DNA of 64,000 nt from Tubiluchus corallicola (GCA_030141605.1 JAQGDQ010000447.1:129231-193230), one strand, 5' to 3'; counted from the first letter of the stretch, positions 26,046 to 40,259 are shown. The notes: generated by a model from the sequence alone, not told the origin. Numbers and translations: made by a program.

Positions 26046-27386
26046 AAGCATTTTCACAGTTTCGTTGTGCACATGCGCAGTTGCTACGGGTCAAAGGTTA
26101 AGTGCACCACAGCAATGCGTCTTAGCTACACGTGGCTAAAGCAAAGCCGTCTGCCGCGTTAGTTCACAGTAACTTCAGTTGTTTTACGTGGATTCTACTT
26201 AATTGTGCATTAGCTCACGCGCAAAGTGATTTATTAGCAGGACCTTGCTTGAAAACAAGAAACAAGCTAGCTGTTAAAACTGTTACTATTACAACAGCTT
26301 GGGCTGCGTAGCGTTGTCAAGTGTACACGAATGCGTTGTCAAGAGTACACAAACGCGTTGTCAAGTGTGCACAAACGCATTGTCAAGCGTACACAAACGC
26401 GTCGTCAAGTGTACACAAACGCGTCGTCAAGTGTACACAAACCCGTTGTCAAGTGTACACAAACGCGTTGTCAAGTGTGCACAAACGCATTGTCAAGTGT
26501 GCACAAAAGCATTGTCAAGTGTGCAAAAACGCATTGTCAAGCGTACACAAACGCGTCGTCAAGTGTGCACAAACGCGTCGTCAAGTGTACACAAACCCGT
26601 TGTCAAGTGTACACAAACGCATTGTCAAGTGTGCACAAACGCATTGTCAAGTGTACACAAACGTGTCGTCAAGTGTGCACAAACGCGTCGTCAAGTGTAC
26701 ACAAACCCGTTGTCAAGTGTACACAAACGCATTGTCAAGCGTACACAAACGTGTTGTCAAGAGTACACAAACGCGTTGTCAAGTGTGCACAAACGCGTCG
26801 TCAAGTGTACACAAACCCGCTGTCAAGTGTACACAAACGCGTCGTCAAGTGTACACAAACCCGTTGTCAAGTGTACACAAACGCATTGTCAAGCGTACAC
26901 AAACGTGTTGTCAAGAGTACACAAACGCGTTGTCAAGTGTGCACAAACGCATTGTCAAGCGTACACAAACGCGTCGTCAAGTGTACACAAACGCGTCGTC
27001 AAGTGTACACAAACGCGTTGTCAAGAGTACACAAACGCGTTGTCAAGTGTGCACAAACGCATTGTCAAGTGTACACAAACGCGTCGTCAAGTGTGCACAA
27101 ACGCGTCGTCAAGTGTACACAAACCCGTTGTCAAGTGTACACAAACGCGTTGTCAAGTGTGCACAAACGCGTTGTCAAGTGTACACAAACGTGTCGTCAA
27201 GTGTGCACAAACCCGTTGTCAAGTGTACACAAACGCATTGTCAAGTGTACACAAACGCGTTGTCAAGAGTACACAAACGCGTTGTCAAGAGTACACAACC
27301 TCGTTGTCAAGAGTACGCAAATGCTTTGTCTAGTTCACTTTGACCTTTTCACAATCATATCAATCACAGAAATTGTGAAAAGGCTT
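26046..27386 (+). mobile_element. MITE family B copy inflated by an internal 22-bp tandem array
   Basis: Both TIRs and AAT/ATT flanks are present. The array GCGTTGTCAAGTGTACACAAAC spans about 26311-27330. Confidence 0.9.
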
Positions 27387-27812
27387 ATTGTCCCACGTAC
27401 CTTTGGCTTGGCAGTACTGCAAGTAGCCCGTACCACTTCAGCACCCTACTTCGTAAGTGGAACGCAGAGGGTCGTTCCATGAACTAAGTTTCTGTAACTA
27501 ATTCCTTTCTCATTCACTTGGAGCTCGAACTAAATTCATTACACCAAAATGAAACTTAGCTGGAACTGGAACGTGTTCGTTTTTAAAAATTAGTTCCGTT
27601 TGTCAGTGAATGCCACGATGCCACGATGCGCTTATGTAGAGTCACGAAGTCCATAGTTACGTCATCATCTTCAAATGAATGGCGGCAACCACCGCGCCGC
27701 AAAATTTCTGTACATCAGCAGTATAAATAAACTTTATATGTAGTTTTTTTGCAAATTTCTTTGTTATTTTTTCTACGTTTAACTGACAACAGTAAAATAA
27801 ATTCAACATATT

Positions 27813-27820
<8 letters not shown>

Positions 27821-27888
<68 letters not shown>

Positions 27889-28465
27889 ATCTTTATTTGC
27901 CATTAAAATACATTGATAATCAGTGATAAAAACTTTACAGAGATGATCAATCAGAGTTAGTTAATAAAAACTTACACTGCTAAAGGCAAATGGGTCAGTG
28001 CAATCTAAACTACTGCGCAGTAATGACGAATAAAATCAAACATATTTACAACTATGCACAAAAAATGAAAAAATTATGATTTAATTAATATGGCCGTGGA
28101 TATATAAATTCTGAATTAGTGTGTATGTTGTCGTACTGGTGTGATGGTACTTCATATCTGGTTAATATTAGTGATTTTAATTTTGTTTTAAATGCTGATA
28201 GGGACTTGATTTGTTTAACCTGTAATGGTAGAGAATTCCAAAGTAGAATTGCTTGTTTGATTACAGAGTTCGTTCCATGGTGGGTATTTGTCCTAATTTG
28301 TTTTAGATTGCTTGTTCTGGAATTAATGATAGGATTTGGAGAAAAGGTAAATCTGTTATTCTGGAATAGTTTGCTGATGTTGTTAATGTATTTAAATATA
28401 AAAAGCAGAGTAAAATATTCTTTGTGTGCTTCAATGATTGGGAATTTTAACGTTTTCTCAGGTTA
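27821..28465 (-). mobile_element. L2/CR1-group LINE 3' end with (TA)n tail
   Basis: Minus strand reads ...LFIFKYINN...LWNSLP...AFKTKLK. Same family as 17085-17518. Confidence 0.85.
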
Positions 28466-28851
28466 GTTGTTGAAGCTTTGAATTTTTGTCCACCTGCCTT
28501 ACGTTAAGTCACTTGTTCTTTCCTTTAATCCAATGTGATACTTTAACCGATAATCCATCACACAGCCATGTCAACTCCCAAACCTCCTATGCGTGCAGCA
28601 ATTTGCTTAGCCGTATAATTAACAAACTCGTCTCACAACAGTAGGGCGTCCTGCTTTACGGCCTCCTGCCTGCGACGAAGACCTAGAAATTTCCTCGTAA
28701 ATTAGCCAAGAGCACGCTATAGCACGCCTTCTTCGACTTTGCCTGGCAGGTTCAGCTAGCAGAATGAAGCCAGCTACTCTAATGCAGAATAGATTAGCTT
28801 CTATATTATTAGTGCAAGTATTCAGGAGACATATCTTGGTCCTATAATATA

Positions 28852-29531
28852 GGTTTTACACGTCAAATGTAGACACAGGAAAGTTCAAATGTGACTTAGG
28901 TAAGTCAAATGTAGACATAGGAATTTCGAATGTGTTTTGGTAACTCAAATGTGACTTAGGTAAGTCAAATGTAGACAGGAATTTCGAATGTGTTTTGGTA
29001 ACTCAAATGTGACTCAGGTAAGTCAAATGTAGACATAGAATTCTACATTTTATTTGTCAACGTTTTACAAAAAATGTCGGCAGAAAAGAATAAATCGGTT
29101 CCCACTTCCCAATGAACAGTGAATCACTAATTAGTTTTTTAAGTAATGCATTAGCACTGCATTAATGAATTAGTTTCTCTCAAGAAACATTGTTTATTTT
29201 AAGAATGTATTGTTTTCTCTAACAGTTCCAATGGTATGTAAAGTTTACAGAATATTAGTGAACTATTAGTAGACCTATAAAGTTATTATTTTCACAGCAA
29301 TTATTAAATTAAGATTAAAGGAGATTAAATTTAACATCCTTAAGCTTTACCACCTATCCACATTTGAGACACCAATGTCACATTTGACTTACCAAAAACG
29401 CTTAAGATTTCTTGAAAACCATTGTTAACACATTTGAACTATCTAAGTCTACATTTGAGTTACCAGGACACATTTGAATTACCTAAGTCTACATTTGACT
29501 TAAGGTAGGTCTACATTTGACGTGTAAAACC
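28852..29531 (+). mobile_element. MITE family A
   Basis: TIRs with TATA flanks. Confidence 0.9.
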
Positions 29532-29783
29532 TATATAAGCGACAACTGTGACATTCAAAGCCAGATTAGCCTTTTTATGTACGGATTAATTCTTTAATAG
29601 GAGACTTTTCTGTGTTCAGATGATGCTATAATCACGCTATTTAAGAGTTACTGCTGCAACGTTTACTGTATGTCTTTATGGAGTAATTATAGTAATGGCG
29701 TGATAAATAGACTGCGTATTACATACATCAATGGCACCAGAAAACTGTTTCGCTTAAACTACGATTGCAGTGCTCTATATATA

Positions 29784-30479
29784 GGTTTTGCATGTCAAAT
29801 GTAGACCTGCGTTAACTCAAATGTAGATTTAGGTAATTCAAATATGGATAGGTGGTAAAGTTTAAGGATGTTAAATTTAATCTTCTTTAATTTCAATTTA
29901 ATAATTGCTCTTAAGTTAAAATAACAACTCTATAGGTTCACTAATATTCTGTAAACATTACGTACCATTGGAACTCTTAGAGAAAACAATACATTCTTAA
30001 AATAAACAATCCATCTTGAGAGAAACTAATTCATTAATGCAGTGCTAATGCATTACTTAAAAAACTAATTAGTGATTCACTGTTCATTGGGAAGTGGGAA
30101 CCGATTTATTCTTTTCTGCCGACATTTTTTGTAAAACATTGACAAATAAAATGTAGAATTGGTGTATATATTAATAATTGTATAATTGTTAACTTATTTA
30201 TGTACAACACTTTTAAGTGTTCTTATCAAATAAACATTTTCTTTACATTTGAAAAATTTATTAACGTCCATACAAATAGTTGCAAATTAATTAAATATAA
30301 TAAAAATTGATGCTGCCGATAGCACCATGACCATAAAATATAATTTTAGTTTGGTTTTATCTTTTTGTAATTTGCACTTAAATGAGTTAATTATCGATTT
30401 ATTCAAAGTACCGCATCTACATTTGACTTACCTAAGTCACATTTGAACTTTCCTGTGTCTACATTTGACGTGTAAAACC
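29784..30479 (-). mobile_element. MITE family A
   Basis: TIRs with TATA flanks. Confidence 0.9.
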
Positions 30480-30818
30480 TATATATTAATATATTGCCGT
30501 ATATTTTGTCAGTCGAGTTCTCTTTAGCAAGTCAGTAAGATGCGGCAAAGATGTAAGTTTGATTTCTTCATATTTCATATTATTATACATTTTCATTATA
30601 GCCGTTAATTATCTTTTTGACATTTGTTTAGCAGAAAATGTTTTTATTTGCTTCAGATAAAACGAAGTCGAGTCTCACATAATATGTCAGTCAGTCAGTC
30701 AAATATGTCATGATGTGATAGTGATTTTGAAATCAGACGATGATTGCCCATTTTGGACAATAAAAAATCATAAATTACATCTAAAAGACTGTTGGACTTG
30801 AATTTAGCGCATGTCGCG

Positions 30819-30999
<181 letters not shown>

Positions 31000-31634
31000 A
31001 TATTTTATAAAGCACACGTTCAAGCATAACGTTTTGAATGAAGCTGTACAGTAAAATGTTATTGTTACAATTGCACAATTAAGAAAATGTAACACTAAAG
31101 AAATTATTAAAATTTTTGCATAAAACACATAAATCGTTAGGGTGTCTAAATTGTGTGGATTTGTAAATTCGTTCGAAATCGGATACAAAGTACTTTAATG
31201 TGAAAATTATGAAAAGCTCAAGAATTCGCTGTACCTACAGATATAACATGAGATTGTACCAGCTCAGTAATTTTAATCATTCTTTGTCGGCTCAAAATTA
31301 ACAGTAGGGAGTTCAGTTAAATCCTGTTAATCCCCTTTTGATGAGTTTGACTGTAAAAGTTAACCATTCTGCTCTTGCGCATGCGCAGTGCGCTCCGCAG
31401 AGACGGATTGGCTTCGCGCACTTTCAGGATTTCCCAAACTTATAATAACAATACTGGTAATGATGAAGGCAGAATGAACGTAGAAGATGCGTTTGCTGGT
31501 TGTGTGAATTTTCGTAGCTACGCTGCATTGATTTTTCATTTGTTTGCGACTACAGTCTCTCATCATGGATCTAAGGTAAGATTTAAACGTTGCGTCACAA
31601 TGCATGTCAAACGTAGTACAGAAATCTTCGACTA

Positions 31635-31963
31635 AACTTTACAATTCCCCACGCACAAAAAATTTGTTCGTGAAGCTGATTAGGATTAGGATTAGACAGG
31701 GCCTATTTCAGCCTAGGCGAGGCCCGGGGAAGTGGGGCGTGTGAGGCACCATGGGGGGGGGGGGGGGGTAGAAGTGCCGGGGGCCGGGCGCTACCATGGT
31801 GGGCGCCCAGAAAATTTCTGAACTGCTAGAACGCCGGAGAAGCATTTTCGAAGAGAAAATATGGAGTTATACAGTTGTTAAATGAAAGAACAATTGAAAG
31901 AAAAACTGCTTTATTCTCAAGATCAGTCCTTAATGTCAAAAGTGGCAAACGGCGCGCGTGCGG

Positions 31964-32052
<89 letters not shown>

Positions 32053-32124
32053 GAAAGTAGAGTGAAAGAGAATTGAAAAGAAGAAGAGAAAGAGAGAGAT
32101 AGAGGGAAACAGAGAGAGAGAGAA

Positions 32125-32155
<31 letters not shown>

Positions 32156-32162
32156 CGCGAGA

Positions 32163-32212
<50 letters not shown>

Positions 32213-32418
32213 GCAGTATGTTCGCATAAAGCAAAAAAAATGTTACCTTGGCGCGAGGCCCCCTGTAGGGTGAGGCCCCGGCGAAGTATCCCCACTCCCC
32301 CCCTTGAAATAGGCCCTGGGATTAGGGTTAGTGTTGGCGTTAGGGTGACGGTCAGAGTTAGTTCTAGGGTCCAGGTTAGAGTTACGGTATTTAAATTTTG
32401 TGGGGAAATGTAAACTCC
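31635..32418 (+). mobile_element. Telomere-repeat-core TIR element, interrupted by a hAT MITE
   Basis: TTTACAATTCCCCAC...GTGGGGAAATGTAAAC ends, with TTAGGA/TTAGGG repeats on both sides of the insert. Confidence 0.65.
31697..32318 (+). mobile_element. hAT-type MITE with internal (GA)n
   Basis: 14-bp TIR CAGGGCCTATTTCA/TGAAATAGGCCCTG. 8-bp TSD GGATTAGA/GGATTAGG (7 of 8 match). Confidence 0.88.
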
Positions 32419-32554
32419 TTGCAAATCAACAAATTTCAAATTATTTATAAATTAAGAACTCATCATCTTTGGTACTTCCGTTGTGCACCACTCATAATTC
32501 GATCTGCTGTCAACTGTCTAGACTCTACGTTATTTAAATCAAGTGGAGTATTTA

Positions 32555-32915
32555 GTAAGTCTTTCTTCAGAGCATCTAAATGTGTGATCAGCTGTCCTCA
32601 TCTTGGTTTCTTCCCAGGTAATTAGTGCTTGATGTAATGCTGTAGTAAGAGGAGATTCCTGTGATTACATAACGGCAGGCCCAATCCATCTAAGCCAACA
32701 CACTCCTGTAACTTCTCTATAGCCTCACTCCCCCTTTCTTTCTTGTTCATTAAATTATATGGATCTTGATTTGATATTTTCTTTGGCCATTTTATACCCA
32801 CATCTTTCTGTACAGACGTCTTTCTGAAGACATTGATTTCATTTTTCTGAGCAACTTTGACTGTCCATAATTCAGAATTATACAAGAATACAGCTTCTAC
32901 AAGTGACGATAACAC
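32555..32915 (-). mobile_element. Degenerate RTE-clade LINE fragment (unamplified counterpart of 46120-47700)
   Basis: LVEAVFLYNSELWTV...IKWPKKISN. Aligns with 46120-47700. Confidence 0.85.
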
Positions 32916-33395
32916 TAATAGAATCTCTCCACCACTTTAAAAAGAAATTAAAAGAATATCAATATAACAGGTTTCAACTTCCACATTGTGCATCTGACAC
33001 TAATTACACAGAATCAACTTTCATCTACCCCCCCCCACCCCTGACTCCATATAACAATTAAAAATGTAAATTTTTTAAAAAAATTATGTAATGTAATACG
33101 TGTTATGTTAGTTTTGTAATGTCAAATGTATAAATAGTGTAAAATATGTCATGTAAAATTTAATGTACTTTTGTAATATTGTTTTGTAAAAATAGTTTAA
33201 TATGGTGTTTGTAAATATGTTCATTTATTGTAAATAATTAGGCCTTAGTTTTGCACTTTAGTTTTTTTAGTATGCACTGGACGCATTTGTCTTGAACAGT
33301 GTTATTCTAACATTACGCTGAGGCTTACTCAATTTTATTATAATGAGTGAACCATTTTAATGACAAATAAAGAATTAATATATATATATATATGT
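32916..33395 (+). mobile_element. Diverged LINE 3' end related to 17085-17518
   Basis: TFKKEIK remnant, shared 3' UTR motif GACGCATTTG..TT...CAGTGT, then AATAAA and (TA)n. Confidence 0.55.
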
Positions 33396-33659
33396 GTGTG
33401 TGTATATTTAGTTTAGTTTCTGTAGTGAGATTCGGACTTTCGAAGATGTCTGAAATCTTTACAAATTAAAAACTGGTTACGCAGAGTTGAGTAACCACTT
33501 AGTCAAAATTAGCTGTCTAATTAGCTGAAACAAGTAATCAGCTTGAAAGATTTCGATAATTTTGGCGAGGATTTGAGCCAGCAAATTATTGTTCTATCCA
33601 CGTATAGATTTTGATGCTGAAATTAAGTAACGTGGCTTCTAAGATTGGAGTATAATATA

Positions 33660-34531
33660 GGTTCTACACGTCAAATGTAGACACAGGAAAGTTCAAATGT
33701 GACTTAGGTAAGTCAAATGTAGACATAGGAATTTCGAATGTGTTTTGGTAACTCAAATGTGACTTAGGTAAGTCAAATGTAGACATAGGAATTTCGAATG
33801 TGTTTTGGTAACTCAAATGTCTTAGGTAAGTCAAATGTAGATGCGGTACTTTGAATAAATCGGTAATTAACTCATTTACGTGCAAATTACAAAAAGATAA
33901 ACCAAAGATAGTCATCACCTCTTTCGTAAAAAGCGTTGTTTATCCTCAAACTAAATTCTTTGATAAACCGTAACGTCGGTAGAAAAGTATAAATTGGTTC
34001 CCACTTCCCAACGAACAGTGAATCACTAATTAGTTTTTAAGTAATGCATTAGCACTGCATTAATAAATTAGTTTCTCTCAAGAAATAGTGTTTATTTTAA
34101 AATTGTATTGTTTTCTCTAACAGTTCCAATGGTTTGTAAAGTTTACAGAATATTAGTGAACTATTAGTAGACCTATAAAGTTATTATTTTCACAGCAATT
34201 ATTAAATTAAGATTAAAGGAGATTAAATTTAACATCCTTAAACTTTACCACCTATCCACATTTGAGATACCAATGTCACATTTGACTTGACATGTGTCTA
34301 CATTTGACTTACCAAAAACGCTTAAGAATTCTTGAAAACCATTGTTAACACATTTGAATTACCTAAGTCTACATTTGAGTTACCAAGACACATTTGAATT
34401 ACCTAAGTCTACATTTGAGTTACCAAGACACATTTGAATTACCTAAATCTACATTTGAGTTACCAAGACACATTTGAATTACCTAAATCTACATTTGAGT
34501 TAACATACGTCTACATTTGACATGTAAAACC
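33660..34531 (+). mobile_element. MITE family A, long copy
   Basis: TIRs present. Subterminal 60-bp and 38-bp repeats are expanded. Confidence 0.9.
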
Positions 34532-34539
34532 TGTATAAT

Positions 34540-35365
34540 GTTGAAGCTGACTTGAAACTGTTGATACTCAAACTTTTGGTTTTTAAGTTGAGTAATTTTA
34601 TGATCGAATTGAGTTGCGTCAGGCTCATAGTGAGTAAATTGGTGCCCAGCGTATGCTATAGTTACTCAGTTTGAGTAATAAACACGTTCACTCAAGGTGT
34701 ACGAACACACTCGTTTTCAAAACGTCCACTTTGAGTGGACGGTTTCGTTTTGTTTCACTTTTAAAATTTGTTACTAAGATTTGTATTAGATGTGAAAGAA
34801 GTAAAAATTGTTACCCTAAACACAAGTTAATGGAAAAGAGCGCGTGGAAAATGAGAGATAATGGTAACAACTCAGTGAGTTTACTACTCAGGCTGAGTAA
34901 CCTGTAGAAAATATGTTTTAGGGGCGAAAGACAGCAGTTTAAAAATTAATCGTTTTTGGTTGCTCAAATTGAGTAGCTTAATGTTCAAACTAAGTAAATT
35001 AATACTCAAATCTACTCATTTTGAGTATTAATTTACTCAGTTTGAGCAATAAGTTATTCGTGTTGAATGTGAAGTCACTCATTTTACCCATTAAGGCATT
35101 CTTTTTGAACATTAAGTTACTCATTTTAAACTTTAAGTTACCCTATTTTGAATGTTAAGTACTCATCTACAACTGTAAATTTACACAACATTACATTAAC
35201 AAAAGTTACGCAAATTTGTTGTTAACGTACTCAAATCTATGCAGTAATGCGAATTGAGTAGCTTACTGGACTCAGTTGCTATTTGCAGTAACGAATAACG
35301 TACTCGTGTTGAGTAGCTGTATTTTCGAGTGAGTTCGTAGTATCTTGGTGTAACTAATACTCAGT
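34540..35365. repeat. Old repeat rich in TTGAGTA/TACTCAA motifs (probable non-autonomous DNA element)
   Basis: Many motif copies in both orientations. No clear termini. Confidence 0.45.
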
Positions 35366-35944
35366 AAACGCGTCAGATGTCGCTTCATTAATTGCAATAA
35401 TTAATAAATTTGCTCGCTACATTTTATGGCGTTTTTAATTCTGATTCATCATCATATTGCAAAATGGCTGCCCGTTTCCATGACACTGTTTTTATCATTA
35501 AATTAGCGTTGTGATGCTGTGCATTAAGGCCCATTTGCGCGTTTCCCTTCCAACATAATTTGCATTTGATTGGCATTCTGCACCCTTGTACGTTGTCGAT
35601 CTTCTTCGTTCTTACGTTCCTCGTTCTTTCCCTTTCAAAATCCAATACTTTCCTTTTCTTTACGTAAACATGCTATTCGTAAGTGTATTTTACATGGTGC
35701 ATTTTGTTAAATAAATAACCTCTCGTGATAACATTGATTTGAATCGCGTGAGTTTTGCCAACCGAACTTGTTAGTAAAGATCAATTCAACAGACCAGATA
35801 GCTGCCGTGATTCAGAGATTGAGATTTTTTCTGTGACAACTATTGACGAATTTGGCCAGACGAAAAGAAACTGTAAATGGGCCAATTTAACTTTTCATCG
35901 GTAATTCCCTGCTATGGTAAATGCTGTTCTGACTCTTTCGTAGT

Positions 35945-35946
<2 letters not shown>

Positions 35947-36001
<55 letters not shown>

Positions 36002-36075
36002 GTCGTCATCATCATCATCATCATCGTCGTTGTCATATATATATTGTTGACAATATATCATCATCATCATCGTTG

Positions 36076-36151
<76 letters not shown>

Positions 36152-36162
36152 TATCATCGTTG

Positions 36163-36205
<43 letters not shown>

Positions 36206-36226
36206 TATCATCATCATCATGATCAC

Positions 36227-36259
<33 letters not shown>

Positions 36260-36336
36260 GATCACCACCACCACCATCATCATCATCATCGTTGTCGTTA
36301 TCGTCATCGTCGTCGTCACCAATGTCATCATCATCA
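35947..36336. repeat. (CAT)n microsatellite
   Basis: Seen directly. Confidence 0.97.
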
Positions 36337-36951
36337 CTACAATTCATGCTTTTGCAGTTGCGATACATAATTGATGCTTCCGGATGCAGCGGCTCGCAAT
36401 GTAATCTCCTGCAGACAATTCTACTAAAGTCAAAATTTCCAAACGTCACCCCTGAGAGATTCGACGTCGCTAGGTGCCCACAGAATCAATCCTTATCCAG
36501 CAAGCCCTGAAATTGCATCAGATTGTTGCTGGAAATTGAATATTTATGAGGTTGGTCCGATTTCAGTTGCTTAAAAGTAGATAGATGTTGGACGGTCACC
36601 TCTTTTGTCGATAGCTCTCAGACGAATTGTCTCCTCTTCTTTATTAAAACTGGTTTGACTTGAATTTTTACGTAGGTAAGCAGAAGCTGGTTGAAATGAA
36701 ACTTTCATTAGATAGAAATTCGTTGAAGATCACCTTGTGGTTTAAAACGCCTGCTAAAATTGCAGGAGACCTGGCTTCTCAAAATTTATGCCATGATAAT
36801 AAAAGTGATTACTGAATTTCGAGTCACTTAACTTACTCATAGTTGAGTTGTATTTTATTTTAATAGAAGTGAAGAACTTTAAAGAGATTATTTGAACGAA
36901 ATAACGTCAACTTGTTTTGAGTTTTGATCAAGTTACACCTTTTGATTTTTT

Positions 36952-37954
36952 TGTGACTTAGGTAAGTCAAATGTAGACATAGGAATTTCGAATGTGTTTT
37001 GGTAACTCAAATGTGACTTGGGTAAGTCAAATGTAGACATAGGAATTTCGAATGTGTTTTGGTAAATCAAATGTGACTTAGGTAAGTCAAATGTAGACAT
37101 AGGAATTTCGAATGTGTTTTGGCAACTCAAATGTGACTTAGGTAAGTCAAATGTAGACATGGGAATTTCGAATGTGTTTTGGTAAATCAAATGTGACTTA
37201 GGTAAGTCAAATGTAGACATAGGAATTTCGAATGTGTTTTGGCAACTCAAATGTGACTTAGGTAAGTCAAATGTAGACATGGGAATTTCGAATGTGTTTT
37301 GCCAACTCAAATGTGACTTAGGTAAGTCAAATGTAGACATGGGAATTTCGAATGTGTTTTGGTAAATCAAATGTGACTTAGGTAAGTCAAATGTAGACAT
37401 GGGAATTTCGAATGTGTTTTGGTAAATCAAATGTGACTTAGGTAAGTCAAATGTAGACATGGGAATTTCGAATGTGTTTTGGTAAATCAAATGTGACTTA
37501 GGTAAGTCAAATGTAGACATAGGAATTTCGAATGTGTTTTGGTAACTCAAATGTGACTTAGGTAAGTCAAATGTAGATATAGGAATTTCGAATGTATTTT
37601 GGTAAATCAAATGTGACTTAAGTAAGTCAAATGTAGATGCATTACTTTGAATAAATCGGTAATTAATTCATTTAAGTGAAAAAACAAAAATATAAAACCA
37701 AATAAAAATTATATTTTATGGTCATGGTGCTATCGGCAGCATCAATTTTGATTATATTTAATTAATTTGCAACTATTTGTATGGACGTTAATAAATTTTC
37801 CAAATGTAAAGAAAATGTTTATTTGATAAGAATACTTAAAAGTGTTGTACATAAATAAGTTAACAATTGACTTGACATGTATCTACATTTGACTTACCAA
37901 AAAAGCTTAAGATTTTTGAAAACCATTGTTAACACTTTTGAACTACCTGAGTCT
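36952..37954 (+). mobile_element. Truncated MITE family A copy with a 60-bp tandem array (about 11 units, 36952-37638)
   Basis: The unit TGTGACTTAGGTAAGTCAAATGTAGACATAGGAATTTCGAATGTGTTTTGGTAACTCAAA is the family A subterminal repeat. Confidence 0.9.
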
Positions 37955-37957
37955 ATA

Positions 37958-38772
37958 GGTTTTACACGTCAAATGTAGACCTGCTTTAACTCAAATGTAG
38001 ATTTAGGTAATTCAAATGTGTCTTGGTAACTCAAATGTAGACTTAGGTAGTTCAAATGTGTCTTGGTAACTCAAATGTAGACTTTGGTAGTTCAAATGTG
38101 TCTTGGTAACTCATATGTAGACTTGGGTAGTCCGAATGTGTTAACAATGGTTTTCAACAAATCTTAAGCGTTTTTGGTAAGTCAAATGTAGACACATGTC
38201 AAGTCAAAAGTGACATTGGTATCTCAAATGTGGATAGGTGGTAAAGTTCAAGGATGTTAAATTTAATCTTCTTTAATTTCAATTAACAATTAGTCTTAAG
38301 CTAAAATAACAACGTTATAGGTTCACTAATATTCTGCAAACTTTACATACCAACTGGAACTGTTAGAGAAAACAATACATTTTTAAAATAAACAATGTTT
38401 CTTGAGAGAAACTAATTCATTAATACAGTGCTAATGCATTACTTAAAAAACTAATTAGTGATTCACTGTTCATTGGGAAGTGGAAACCGATTTATTCTTT
38501 TCCGCCGACATTTTTTGTAAAACGTTGACAAATAAAATGTAGAATTGGTGTATATATTAATAATTGTATAATTGTTAACTTATTTATGTACAACACTTTT
38601 AAGTGTTCTTATCAAATAAACATTTTCTATACATTTCAAAGTACCGCATCTACATTTGACTTACATAAGTCACATTTGAGTTACCAAAACACATTCGAAA
38701 TTCCTATGTCTACATTTGACTTACCTAAGTCACATTTGAACTTTCCTATGTCTACATTTGACGTGTAAAACC
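37958..38772 (-). mobile_element. MITE family A, abutting or nested in the previous copy
   Basis: TIRs with TATA flanks. Confidence 0.9.
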
Positions 38773-39373
38773 TATATAAGTTTAGATAATATTGTTCAAC
38801 GTTTGAAAAAATAATCAGGTCATTTGTAACACACTTTTCCCTAACTAAGCTAAGTATATGTTATTTTGTCTTGTCGGCAAGATTTATAATAAGTGACATT
38901 CTGTGGTGCACACTGGGATAGTAAACCAGTGACGTTTTACCACTTTACCATTTTATATTACTAAGAATTTTCTTTTCTAGTTACATAAATCTTTCGAACA
39001 GGTATACATAAAACTAAGTGACACTACTTTTTACGGAAAGTTTTTACATACTATAAATTTGCATTTCCCCCCTGTAATTTAGATTGAGTATTATTACGTT
39101 CCGTGACATTTTCACCAGTGACAGACAATCTAATGCAAGCGCTAATGTGTACCAAATCTCATGGGTTTAAGAGATTTGCATTTGCTGAAGTTCTTAAACA
39201 TGGAGCAACAGAGTAAGCAATTCGAGTTGACAATTATCTGTCACGTAAATATAACAAAACTTCATTAATTATGACGAACTAACTAAAGTTGAGCACCGAC
39301 ATTACTCATGTCAAATTATTCATTTTGAGTATTAGTAGATTACAAATGGACATTGTCAAGCTACTCTTTTATA

Positions 39374-39736
39374 GGCTTTACACGTCAAATCTAGACACAG
39401 GAAAGTTCAAATGTGACTTAGGTAAGTCAAATGTAGACATAGGAATTTCGCATGCGTTTGGTAACTCAAATGTGACTCAGGTAAGTCAGATTTAGACATA
39501 GGAATTTCGAATGTGTTTTGGTAACTCACATGTAACTCAGGTAAGTCAAATTTAGACATAGGACATTTGACTTGACATGTGTCTACATTTGACTTACCAA
39601 AAACGCTTAAGATTTGTTGAAAACCATTGTTAACACATTTGAACTACCTAATTCTACATTTGAGTTACCAAGACACATTCGAATTACCTAAATCTATATT
39701 TGACTTAACGTAGGTCTACATTTGACGTGTAAAACC
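39374..39736 (+). mobile_element. MITE family A, short copy
   Basis: TIRs with TATA flanks. Confidence 0.9.
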
Positions 39737-39871
39737 TATAGTACCTAATTTTACCTTAGAATTAGCAACTAATCAAAATTGTATCTAACCTTCAAGTATC
39801 AGACAATTTAATAAACATCAGGCTACGTGAACCTGGGTAATACTAAACAGTAAAACCGATAATAATGCAAA

Positions 39872-40253
39872 AAATCACTATTTCAGCGATTGATGATGAT
39901 CGTGAAAAGGTCAAAGGTTAAATGTATCAGACAACGCATTTCAGTACACTTGACAACGCCTCGCAGCCCATGCTGTTGTAATTGTAACGTGTTTTAACTG
40001 CTAGCTAGAACCTTACCTAGTTCACTTTTTCTTGTCCCCAAGCAAGATCCAGCTCGTAAATCACTCTACGCACAGGCTAATGCATAACCAAGTAAAGTCA
40101 GCATCAACTGACGGTACTGAACTAATGCTGGCAGACGGCTTTGCTTTGCCCACATGCCACGCGACGGTTGTAGTTAAGACGCGTTACTGTGGCGCATTTA
40201 ACCTTTGACCTACAGCAACTGCACGTGCGCACAACGAAACTGTGAAAAGGCTT
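39872..40253 (-). mobile_element. MITE family B
   Basis: Reverse-oriented copy with one intact TIR. Confidence 0.85.
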
Positions 40254-40259
40254 ATTATA

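Noticed and set aside
26299-27482. Three long overlapping ORFs (340-383 aa) of Cys/Lys/Val-rich repeats
   Set aside because: Artefact of a stop-free 22-bp array inside a MITE. All three frames give the same permuted peptide.
28119-28466. 115-aa hydrophobic ORF on the + strand
   Set aside because: Antisense shadow of the LINE ORF2 C-terminus on the minus strand.
36337-36760. SRCR-like remnant (FSRIVCRRLHC) on the minus strand
   Set aside because: Stops in all frames upstream and only a short motif resemblance.
36933-37610. 225-aa repeat protein (QNTFEIPMSTFDLPKSHL)n
   Set aside because: Translation of the 60-bp MITE-derived satellite.
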